Below, in pieces: positions 26,561-34,901 of a stretch of 64,000 bases of DNA. The DNA is taken from IMG/VR virus record IMGVR_UViG_3300034170_000057; one strand, given 5' to 3'. The DNA is from a virus. Lineage: Duplodnaviria > Caudoviricetes. The notes under the pieces are model-generated. The model had not been told where the DNA came from. It saw only the letters and a list, made by a program, of their open reading frames with translations, and did no database searches. The position numbers and the translations under genes are program-made. Position 1 is the first letter of the stretch. Each line of letters begins with the position of its first letter.

Positions 26561-27196
26561 TTAAAGGGATGGAGCCTTTGCCAACACATTAAAAAGTCGG
26601 CTTTCATCGGTATGGGAATGAATGAAATCATACGGTTTTACACGCAATAATTTCGCTGCGTGATACAACGCGATAAGGAACGAATCCAGTTGGTGAATCA
26701 CGATTCCTTGGCCTTTGTATTTGACCTTCAGGTCTTCGTACATTTCTTTCAGGTCAGCAGGCGTGCGGTTAAATTCGTTCTTCCACGTTGCCGCTGTAAG
26801 GAATTCAGTCGGGATATCCGGGCGCAGAATCATCATTACGCCAAGCATCATGGAAATGGCCTCGACCGTCGTACCAGCACCGCGACCGGGCCGCGCTTGG
26901 AAACGTTCCGCTGCAATGTAATCAACGGCAGGCAACTGTTTATATTCGTCAACGAACGCACCGCATTCAATCTGTGCAATCTTTACGTCGTGGATCATGT
27001 GTTCCATCATCTTTGTACCGATGATTTTAAAGCACATGCGACGTTTGCCGTCCTCTTCCTTTACCCACGCTTCGATTTGCGTAACAGCGTAGTTTTTTGT
27101 GCCCATGTCTTCGCCCATTACGCGAATACGTTTCTTTGTAGGCACTGGCAATTCTATTTTAATCGGCTTGGCTTTCGCCTTACGCTTACGTGCCAT
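26561..27196 (-). CDS. RuvC-superfamily Holliday junction resolvase
   Basis: VMGEDMGTKNYA, AAERFQ, TAATWK, HQLDSFLIA. Confidence 0.75.
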   Translation of the reverse strand: MARKRKAKAKPIKIELPVPTKKRIRVMGEDMGTKNYAVTQIEAWVKEEDGKRRMCFKIIGTKMMEHMIHDVKIAQIECGAFVDEYKQLPAVDYIAAERFQARPGRGAGTTVEAISMMLGVMMILRPDIPTEFLTAATWKNEFNRTPADLKEMYEDLKVKYKGQGIVIHQLDSFLIALYHAAKLLRVKPYDFIHSHTDESRLFNVLAKAPSL

Positions 27197-27282
27197 TGGA
27201 TAGCTCCTTTCTCATACTACTGAATTACAATTCGTGTCGTCGGTTTTTAAGCCAGTAATTTAGTAGGAATGGAGGATCAATC

Positions 27283-28371
27283 ATGATCAAACGTGGGCCA
27301 TCAAATGTGCGTCGTAATAACGCACGAAACTTCATTCAGAAACAGGCGCAAGCCCGAATGGATGAAACAGTTGCAGCATACAATAATCAGGTTTCGAACT
27401 CGTTGGCCGTTAACGCGGTGCAAATTGTTCTTTACCAAATCGACCGGCAGGTTGGGCGGCCTTGTTCCTGCTGCAAAACCAATATTGCGGCGCCCACTAG
27501 TTCCAATGTGACGCCAACAATCCCACAACGCGACCGCTCTTCTGAAAATATCGGGATCGAATTCCAAGACGACGGCGATGTGTTCGGTACGGATATGGAT
27601 CGCATGTTTAACGACGTGGAAGTCCGCGACGTATCCGGGATGCAGGAAGACGAATCGAATAACGGTCTACGCGGAATCGAAACGGAAAACTTTGAGGATT
27701 CTGTAGGGCAAGGCTCGGTGAATTGCGGTATCTGTTACCGTGCCATGCGCCAGCCCGGATACAAGGCCTACGGCACACAGCGCAAGGTCTACACGCATTA
27801 CGATTATGCAGCGATTGACGGCGTTCACATGGACTCCACCAGCGCGCCGCATGCATTCCAACGTGAAGAGCAAGACGGCTACGTCATGTTCAAAGTTTTG
27901 GTGCCGAAGTATTTTGTTTCTGTGGTCTACAGCATTCGCGAAGACACATATGTTTTGCGTGAGCGTCCACAACGCAAAGACGGCAAAGCAATCACCGTCG
28001 AGGATTTGCGTCGGCACGAAGGTCACACCATTGATATTTTCGTGCGTGTTAAGCGGTTCACGCATGTGGCCTTCGAATTCGATATGGGCATTCCAAAAGT
28101 AAACGCGAACATCGGCGGGGAAACAACCGTACTCGATTACGACCGGCTGCAAACCATGGGCGATATTCCAATCGTCATGGGGCCAGAAGTCAGCGACGTA
28201 AACGAAGGTGATATCGTCTGCATTCCAGAACGAAATCTGTTTCTGAAAATCCGCGATAAGGAACGCAAAATCATGCAGGATCAGGCACGCCTTGAATGGG
28301 TATGCTCTGCGCGTGTGCTGCAACCTACAGAACCCCTCCGCACAATTGCCAAAGGATACAAACTGCGATGA
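27283..28371 (+). CDS. putative head-closure/neck protein with Zn-finger-like Cys motifs
   Basis: GGAGG RBS; RPCSCC and CGICY; C-terminal DVNEGDIVCI beta region. Function is inferred. Confidence 0.45.
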   Translation: MIKRGPSNVRRNNARNFIQKQAQARMDETVAAYNNQVSNSLAVNAVQIVLYQIDRQVGRPCSCCKTNIAAPTSSNVTPTIPQRDRSSENIGIEFQDDGDVFGTDMDRMFNDVEVRDVSGMQEDESNNGLRGIETENFEDSVGQGSVNCGICYRAMRQPGYKAYGTQRKVYTHYDYAAIDGVHMDSTSAPHAFQREEQDGYVMFKVLVPKYFVSVVYSIREDTYVLRERPQRKDGKAITVEDLRRHEGHTIDIFVRVKRFTHVAFEFDMGIPKVNANIGGETTVLDYDRLQTMGDIPIVMGPEVSDVNEGDIVCIPERNLFLKIRDKERKIMQDQARLEWVCSARVLQPTEPLRTIAKGYKLR

Positions 28372-28841
28372 AATATGTTCACCTGATTATCACGGACGAT
28401 ACCACCAACGTGCAGGCCATTGACGGCCAGCTGATCGTCAAAAACGACGACGATGCACACCACGCGTTACGCGGGCACTCGGTCGGGCAAATCACCAACA
28501 GTTCGAACAATTTCATCGAAGGGGAATTGCAGGACGCGATAATCGCTGCGACCGCTAGTATCCGCGCAGAAATCCACAAACAATTTCTGTCGTTGAGCGC
28601 GTGGAAACCGTGGACTGTTTACCCGGACCTGTTGAAAATTGCCATGGCCTCGGAATCCGTGTTTCTGGTATTCGACCGCCCGGACAATTGCGCACGCCTG
28701 ACCTTCAACCAAACGCAAATCGCTGAAGAGTGGACGCAGATTATCAACCGGGCTCAAGACGTTTTCGAATTGCGTGGCGGTTACGTGAGCCATGGCGAGC
28801 CTAACGGTGGTTCTATCCACTACGGTTTCCGTCTGAAATAA
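28368..28841 (+). CDS. hypothetical protein
   Basis: ATG 28368 overlaps upstream TGA. Confidence 0.7.
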   Translation: MKYVHLIITDDTTNVQAIDGQLIVKNDDDAHHALRGHSVGQITNSSNNFIEGELQDAIIAATASIRAEIHKQFLSLSAWKPWTVYPDLLKIAMASESVFLVFDRPDNCARLTFNQTQIAEEWTQIINRAQDVFELRGGYVSHGEPNGGSIHYGFRLK

Positions 28842-28869
28842 ATCCAAGCCGTCTACATATCCTGACTAC

Positions 28870-29727
28870 ATGGGAAACACAATGAATTATCCAGTCTATA
28901 AATGCCACAAACAAGTCGAAGCATTTCAAATCGCACACATCACTGCGCAGCCGATGGGCACGCACGCCGACACGGTGCCAGAACAGCGCTTCGTTTCGGT
29001 TCCACGTGAAGACGGCACCGTTGAATTGTTGCCCACTGCATCCCACACAGAATACGTTTTGGTTGATAAAACCGGTGAATTCGTGGCTGTAGTCGGTGAT
29101 GATTACATGGGCCGTACCTCAGTTCATACGGGCGGTTATTTCGTGCAGTACGCGGACGGTTATCAATCGTTTAGCCCGCAGGAAGCATTTGAGGAAGGTT
29201 ACACACTAAACGAGATGCGGCGCACGCTGCACGTGAAAATGGGTAATACCAATTGGGCGCCAACCATCGAAGACATGCAGGGCGTAATGGATTTGTTTAT
29301 GTCGGTACAGGACGGCCCGACCGGCGCTGTAATCGTCACGAATCCGTGGATCACTGCGACCGTCGAAGAGACGTTGGTGACTGAAGACGCTGAAATTGTT
29401 GTGGTGAATTTGCGCAACAAAAAAGAAACGCTGACCGCACTGCAAAAACGCGACGGTGAAATCCTGTGGCATGCCACGCACGTATGGCCGGAAGGTCACG
29501 CACTGGTGGATAATCTGCGCCTCAGTCTGGACGGCCCTGAAATCCACGTGACTAATAGGAAAAAGGATGCGCACAAAGCACGCGGGCGCTCTGTCAATCG
29601 TGTGGTGCTGCATGGCGGTCTGAAATACAACGATATCGACCTCGATTTGGCCTCGGCCATCGGCTGTTCGATCCTGACTCACGAATACAAATTCAACAAA
29701 CGCGTTTTGTGGGAGGAAGTCGAGTGA
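28870..29727 (+). CDS. modular hypothetical protein (HKxVxA...GYxVxYxDGYxSxSP domain plus further modules)
   Basis: KCHKQVEAFQI ... GGYFVQYADGYQSFSPQEAFEEGY. Confidence 0.65.
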   Translation: MGNTMNYPVYKCHKQVEAFQIAHITAQPMGTHADTVPEQRFVSVPREDGTVELLPTASHTEYVLVDKTGEFVAVVGDDYMGRTSVHTGGYFVQYADGYQSFSPQEAFEEGYTLNEMRRTLHVKMGNTNWAPTIEDMQGVMDLFMSVQDGPTGAVIVTNPWITATVEETLVTEDAEIVVVNLRNKKETLTALQKRDGEILWHATHVWPEGHALVDNLRLSLDGPEIHVTNRKKDAHKARGRSVNRVVLHGGLKYNDIDLDLASAIGCSILTHEYKFNKRVLWEEVE

Positions 29728-30578
29728 AAGAGTTAGCGATTGCCAGCAACATGATCGTGATGGCACGCAACGCAAAAACGCTGAAGCAAAAGCGTAGCCT
29801 CATGCTGCAAATGGTCATGCCGCTGTTTTCCAAAGCGTCGGCTGATAAATTGGCTGATTGTATCGAGACGCATAACTCCCGTGAGTTCAGTACGTTGTGG
29901 CAGAGTTTGAAACCTGAAATCGCAGCCACGCTGGAAAAGAAACGGGATAAACCGGACTGGATTCCAAACGAAAAGAATATGGCGCTCGCCTCAATGGGCG
30001 ATATTACCCGTAGCGAGTGGAACGCTATGCACAACATCAGCACCGAGGAATCCAAGCCTGCCGAAATGAAAGAGACTTACGCCGACGTGACCACGTTCCA
30101 GCGCGACGGTGATACAGCGGTTTGCATCCAGACTTACGGCCCTCGGAAAATCCGCATTTCTGTTAACGGAAAAACCGTTATGGAAGGCGTTCCGGAAGAG
30201 GGAACGTTTGTTCCTGCAAATCCGATTGAAATGTCGGAACAGCCAAACCCTGATCCCGGTTTTGATCCTGCGTCACACGTCGAAGAATGCGGCGTGGTCG
30301 AAGAGCCACAAGCAACGGTGCAAATCAGCACTGGTCAAACCGGTGAAAACTACGTGCTAACCGGTGAACAAATGGTCAAGGTTGTTAAGCTGGTTTGCGA
30401 ACGTCTTTTGATGGACGCAGATCCGTGTCCACTCCCGCCGCGCATGATGGCAATGCCGACCAATTGTGCCGAACATGATTGGCCTGATTGCAAAGTTTGT
30501 TTGCATGGCCTCAAAGGGTTTGATTTCAGCGCCAATATCCTCGAACTCTACGACAAGCTGACTGCATCCAGCATTTAA
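29724..30578 (+). CDS. hypothetical protein
   Basis: GTG 29724 with GGAGG RBS and GTGA overlap; CAEHDWPDCKVCLH near the C-terminus. Confidence 0.65.
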   Translation: MKELAIASNMIVMARNAKTLKQKRSLMLQMVMPLFSKASADKLADCIETHNSREFSTLWQSLKPEIAATLEKKRDKPDWIPNEKNMALASMGDITRSEWNAMHNISTEESKPAEMKETYADVTTFQRDGDTAVCIQTYGPRKIRISVNGKTVMEGVPEEGTFVPANPIEMSEQPNPDPGFDPASHVEECGVVEEPQATVQISTGQTGENYVLTGEQMVKVVKLVCERLLMDADPCPLPPRMMAMPTNCAEHDWPDCKVCLHGLKGFDFSANILELYDKLTASSI

Positions 30579-30596
30579 ATGTGATTGAAACACCCT

Positions 30597-30625
30597 AAAG
30601 GGGAGCCGAAAGGTTCCCCTTTTTT
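30597..30625 (+). terminator. intrinsic terminator
   Basis: GGGGAGCC-GAAA-GGTTCCCC-TTTTTT. Confidence 0.88.
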
Positions 30626-30639
30626 ATTGCCTTTTTATT

Positions 30640-31200
30640 CAAATGATTCGAATGGTATCCCGGCAATAGGCACCCGGTCGGTTCAATGGGTACAGGGAAC
30701 TGGTCAAAATTTGATCAATTCTAAAACTGTAAATAGTGGATTGAGTGTGGTTGTGAATAATTGAGTGACAGAACGAGTAATCGTTTGGAACGATGCGTAA
30801 CGCAGTGGAGCCAGACGCAGAATCGCTTGAGTACCAGAACGTTTAATCGCACAGAACGTGCGAGAAAAACAAACAGGGAGCGAAGCGAACGATAGCGACT
30901 AACGCGTAGCGTTGGGAGCGGGAACCGTAGGTTCCCCGTAATAGAAAAGCTGACGCCAAATCCCCTCACCCAGCATCCCGAGCGAAAGCAGAGAGCAGGG
31001 CGTGTGTGAATGATAGAGCTTTTAAGGATAGGTCTGCCTGCGTTGTATTGATCTTGCGACAATACAATAGGCCTTCGGTTTAATGCTCGTTATGGTTCCC
31101 ATAACTGCGCCGAAGGCGGCCCATCCCCCATTCCGCAGCCCCCCTTCCCACCAGCCGCCGCCCGGCCACCTAACCGAAACAAACCGTTAAAAGGGAATAC
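30640..31200. other. long non-coding, hairpin-rich element (origin or structured-DNA/RNA candidate)
   Basis: Largest gene-free gap; multiple short inverted repeats; C-tracts at 31120-31163. Confidence 0.5.
30726..30735 (+). promoter_or_regulatory. ACTGTAAATA motif
   Basis: Exact copy at the 5' side of the non-coding element. Confidence 0.6.
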
Positions 31201-31204
31201 CTAA

Positions 31205-32209
31205 ATGCCTAACGTTTACCTACCCGAATTTGGCCTATCCGATTCGAGACGCGGGCTGTGCGATGCTGTTCAATTAATGGGCCTGCATACCATGCTCATT
31301 ATGCAATGCCTTGAGCTGCGCGTGATCACCAACGACAAAGGCTCGATGCACCAGATACCCACGGAAACTACTAAAGGAATTCCGGATAAATATATTGAAC
31401 CCTGCTTCGAATTGGCAGGGGAAATCATCGAACGTTTCGCCATTAAATCCTACCCGGACTTTTTGCAAATCCGCCCGATGTTAGAGTTACTCTACTCAAA
31501 AGTCGCAGTCATTAATGGCACCGAATATATTTTGAGCGGGGATCGCTGGTACAGTCGCGAATGGAAGAAAACAAAACTCAAAGTGCCTAAGCATGATTTC
31601 GGTATCCTGCTTTATCTTGAAAACGTAAGCGGTGATTCCGGTATCGCAGTGGCTGGGGGCGGCACCGAATTTAAAATGCTGAAATACGGCACGGTCATGC
31701 AGCGCAATACGAACCGCATGAAAATGGAAGTCGGCAAAAACCTGAAAGCCTACACGGAACAGGATCGCGTAGAAGCCAAACTGAACCTGCTGAAAATATA
31801 CAGCAAATTCGACCTGTTCAATATGGCGGAGCGTTCGCGGGCCGTGTCATTGTGCGCAGTCGAGGCTATGGAAATGGCACGGCAAATGATTTACCAGAAG
31901 CCATGTAAAACCGGCGACCTGACTTTTCACCAACGCAACGGAATAAACGAACTGCTGCACACGATAGAAATCGCCGTGATGCAATTGCGCCACGTCGAGG
32001 CGAGTAAGCGCGCGTTTCTCACGGAAGCCACGACGTTCGGTTTGGATGAAAAATGTGATAGCGGAAAAGTCAGCGCTGAAATAGCTGCAATGCTGACGCA
32101 ATTCCACTTCGGACCTGCACCGAAAGCGAAGCGCGCCAAAAAGCCTGCTGCCACAAAGGTTCCCGTGAAATTGCTCAAATCAAATACTGTAAAATCTAAT
32201 AAGAAGTAA
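31205..32209 (+). CDS. hypothetical protein with basic C-terminal tail
   Basis: 334-aa ORF with AAGGG RBS. Confidence 0.75.
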   Translation: MPNVYLPEFGLSDSRRGLCDAVQLMGLHTMLIMQCLELRVITNDKGSMHQIPTETTKGIPDKYIEPCFELAGEIIERFAIKSYPDFLQIRPMLELLYSKVAVINGTEYILSGDRWYSREWKKTKLKVPKHDFGILLYLENVSGDSGIAVAGGGTEFKMLKYGTVMQRNTNRMKMEVGKNLKAYTEQDRVEAKLNLLKIYSKFDLFNMAERSRAVSLCAVEAMEMARQMIYQKPCKTGDLTFHQRNGINELLHTIEIAVMQLRHVEASKRAFLTEATTFGLDEKCDSGKVSAEIAAMLTQFHFGPAPKAKRAKKPAATKVPVKLLKSNTVKSNKK

Positions 32210-32231
32210 AACATTTCTTAGGAACCGCATC

Positions 32232-32858
32232 ATGCTTGAGGTCAGTATCTTTGATAGACCGTTTGTAAACTCGTGCCGCGCTATTGCCGATGGTTTTTGC
32301 CTTCACGATAACAGTCTCTACTATTTTGAAAACGGCACCGCAATCGGCTTTAATGAAAAGCGCCCCGGCACGACGCAGACCGATCAAGGGTACTGGCGTT
32401 ACACTGGTGTGCGGGCATTAGGCGCCAAGGCCGCGAAAGTGGAATTGGATAAGGTCAATGCACAAAGCAAATTGATCAACTATGTGCGCAACAATTTCGA
32501 TACCTACGTTGAGTCCGTAATGATCAGCGGTGATACCAGTGATATCTGGAAAAAGGTATTGGTATTGGTTGCGAATGATCGTGTGTACGTTCAATTCCCG
32601 GACGTGCGCGGGCGTATCAGCCTGAAAGATCCGATCCTGCGTTTGCATACGAAAATGCAGCCGCTACCGATTACGGTCATGCCCGAGCTGATTGAAAAGC
32701 TAATGGGGATTTGTGAAGCAGCAGATTTGCCGCTCGACTTTGACCCTGTGGAAGTAATCTGCAATGCGTATCGTGGAACCTGCAATTCCGGCCAGCATAT
32801 TGCGGCCCACGGGTACGCGATGGTTCTCCTACTGCAAAACAAAATTCAAGGTATGTAA
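32232..32858 (+). CDS. hypothetical protein
   Basis: 208 aa; near-motif ACTGTAAAAT at 32186. Confidence 0.7.
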   Translation: MLEVSIFDRPFVNSCRAIADGFCLHDNSLYYFENGTAIGFNEKRPGTTQTDQGYWRYTGVRALGAKAAKVELDKVNAQSKLINYVRNNFDTYVESVMISGDTSDIWKKVLVLVANDRVYVQFPDVRGRISLKDPILRLHTKMQPLPITVMPELIEKLMGICEAADLPLDFDPVEVICNAYRGTCNSGQHIAAHGYAMVLLLQNKIQGM

Positions 32859-32861
32859 AAC

Positions 32862-33551
32862 GTGACCTATTCCGAATCGCAAGTAAACGATTTCCTAGAG
32901 CAGTTGCTGGCCCTGCGTAGTAGTGGGCCGGTCTACAATCCGCACGTGAAAAACGGCCAGCTTCGTTACCGTTCGTGCATTCCCGGCAAACATCAAATCG
33001 TCGATCATCACAACGGCACCTACAACGTCACCGCCAGCGACGACACGGTTATGGTTGGCGTGCATGTTACGACCGGCGAAACCAAACTGTTTTATCCGCA
33101 TGAACTGGGCCACCTGAATATCATCGACAAGCCTGTGCAGGAAGTCAGCCCTTCGACGATTGATACCCATTCGAAATGGCTCCAGCATTACGCAGCCACC
33201 AACGTGCTGCCGGGCCTCGGTGGTATTTATTCCCACCACACAAACCATTTCCCGTATTTGGTTTTGGGCTACGCAAACGAAAGCGCACGCGACAGCAAAC
33301 GCGACGACTACCCGATCATCGTTGTGTACGTCGGCCAGAACGGAAAAGTTTGGGCGAAAACGTTGGATAACTTCAACGCAACCATGAATCCGGGCGGCAA
33401 TTTCCAGTTCGCAAATGACGCCGGGTTTAAATACTTGGGCGTTATCGAAAACAACCAAATCGCCAATGGCTGGATGACCAAGGAATTGGAAGCCGCCGTC
33501 AAAGAAGCCACGACCTCCAAGGACTCGGACAATGACCAGCAAAACGACTGA
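32862..33551 (+). CDS. hypothetical protein with DUF1653-like SH3-fold domain
   Basis: GGIYSHH..YLVLGYAN..VVY..NGKVWAKTLDNF. Confidence 0.55.
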   Translation: MTYSESQVNDFLEQLLALRSSGPVYNPHVKNGQLRYRSCIPGKHQIVDHHNGTYNVTASDDTVMVGVHVTTGETKLFYPHELGHLNIIDKPVQEVSPSTIDTHSKWLQHYAATNVLPGLGGIYSHHTNHFPYLVLGYANESARDSKRDDYPIIVVYVGQNGKVWAKTLDNFNATMNPGGNFQFANDAGFKYLGVIENNQIANGWMTKELEAAVKEATTSKDSDNDQQND

Positions 33552-34083
33552 TGTTTTCTATTCGTACCGTTACCGTTCGTGGGACTCCAATGTCTACTAC
33601 GGCAACGGCAGCCGGGAATTCTCCGACGTTCAAATACAAAGCGGCTGGGGCGAGTGGGAAACCATCGACGAAAAGAAATATAACGAAATCCTGACGTACC
33701 TCGAAGGTAAACATCCTTCGCATTATCAGGTACAGCGTCTCCAGTGCGAAATCCACGACAATGCCGCATTCGATCCGCGCCAGTGGATTGCAAAACAGTA
33801 TGCCGATCAGGATCGCGACCGTAAGCACTTGAAGGGGCAATCGCGTACACCGGTTTATCTGGTCAAGCGTCCGGAACCAGACGGCGGCGTTAGCCCGTGG
33901 CTGATGCTCACTGCAAAGGAATACGAAAACATTTCGCATCACAATTATAAAGATGCGAACGTGATCGAAACCCTTGTGGGCCAAGCGCACTACGGCACGA
34001 TCAGTGAATACCAGTACAACGGCACAACGCAAGCTGCGTTTGAATTCCACCCTGATTTCGCACACATGGAACCGAAGTCATGA
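33532..34083 (+). CDS. hypothetical protein
   Basis: 183-aa ORF in a coupled gene run. Confidence 0.7.
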   Translation: MTSKTTDVFYSYRYRSWDSNVYYGNGSREFSDVQIQSGWGEWETIDEKKYNEILTYLEGKHPSHYQVQRLQCEIHDNAAFDPRQWIAKQYADQDRDRKHLKGQSRTPVYLVKRPEPDGGVSPWLMLTAKEYENISHHNYKDANVIETLVGQAHYGTISEYQYNGTTQAAFEFHPDFAHMEPKS

Positions 34084-34403
34084 GTAAACCACTGCCACCC
34101 CTGAAAGTCTGGCGCAATTCGTATCAGGCACCCGGCAAAGAACCAACGTTTAGCGGTGGTTGGGTCATGGGCGACGATTGGCGCAAAAAGAAATGGTCTG
34201 GCCGGGATACGGTTATCGAATGCCGCACAATTCCCGGCACGGCATTTCACAGCGCCTCGTTTGCAGGCGGTGACGTGTATTTGGAATCGCACAAATTGTC
34301 CACGCGGAAATCCTACGAAAGCGCACAGTTCTTTTATGCCCTGACGCAGGAACCGTATGACGGCCCGGTCAATTACAAAGAGCAGCCACGCGATGACGAC
34401 TAA
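34080..34403 (+). CDS. hypothetical protein
   Basis: 107 aa; ATGA overlap. Confidence 0.65.
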   Translation: MSKPLPPLKVWRNSYQAPGKEPTFSGGWVMGDDWRKKKWSGRDTVIECRTIPGTAFHSASFAGGDVYLESHKLSTRKSYESAQFFYALTQEPYDGPVNYKEQPRDDD

Positions 34404-34692
34404 TACTCTGATCAAATTGCTCGACGCGGATTCTGGCGTACTGACGCAGTATGGTTTTAAGTCCGTAGCGGTCTACACCGATTCGAAAGACATTGAATTT
34501 ATGTTCAAGCATAAAGACTTGAAACCTTTCGATTTGGTGCCGACGCACAACGAAGTTTTGAGTAGTGACCAGTTCGGCCACCGTCTCACTATCACCGATA
34601 TGGCAGACGGCTCGCAGCTGTTTTCTATCAGTGAAGAGCGCGACGAAAAGTGGTTCAATATTCACAAGGCAAAGCACTGGTTAATGCCATGA
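34393..34692 (+). CDS. hypothetical protein
   Basis: ATG 34393 (GGAG-like RBS); in frame with track ORF 34357. Confidence 0.6.
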   Translation: MTTNTLIKLLDADSGVLTQYGFKSVAVYTDSKDIEFMFKHKDLKPFDLVPTHNEVLSSDQFGHRLTITDMADGSQLFSISEERDEKWFNIHKAKHWLMP

Positions 34693-34901
34693 CAGAAATT
34701 CTACAACCTGCGCACCCGGATATTGTTCGGTTGCTGGATAAAACGCGTGGCAAAATGCCGACTCACGTCAACCTGATCGACAGTGAGTTTTACGGCTTCC
34801 CAATTATTTTAAAAGACGTGCAAGGCACCAGTGTTTACGCTATCGGTGAATCGGTAGATATGCAGTGGGTTATGCACCAACAGGAGACAGTAAATGTCTG
34901 A
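34689..34901 (+). CDS. hypothetical protein
   Basis: ATG 34689; ATGA overlap. Confidence 0.6.
   Translation: MTEILQPAHPDIVRLLDKTRGKMPTHVNLIDSEFYGFPIILKDVQGTSVYAIGESVDMQWVMHQQETVNV

Noticed and set aside
30640-31200. tRNA or known ribozyme in the large intergenic gap
   Set aside because: No cloverleaf, T-loop (GTTCRA) context or recognisable ribozyme core found by eye; the 113-aa minus ORF 30721-31062 opposes local gene polarity and lacks phage codon bias
31205-32209. Phage sigma factor recognising ACTGTAAATA
   Set aside because: No sigma region 2 or 4 signature recognisable in this ORF; no convincing sigma gene found in the window
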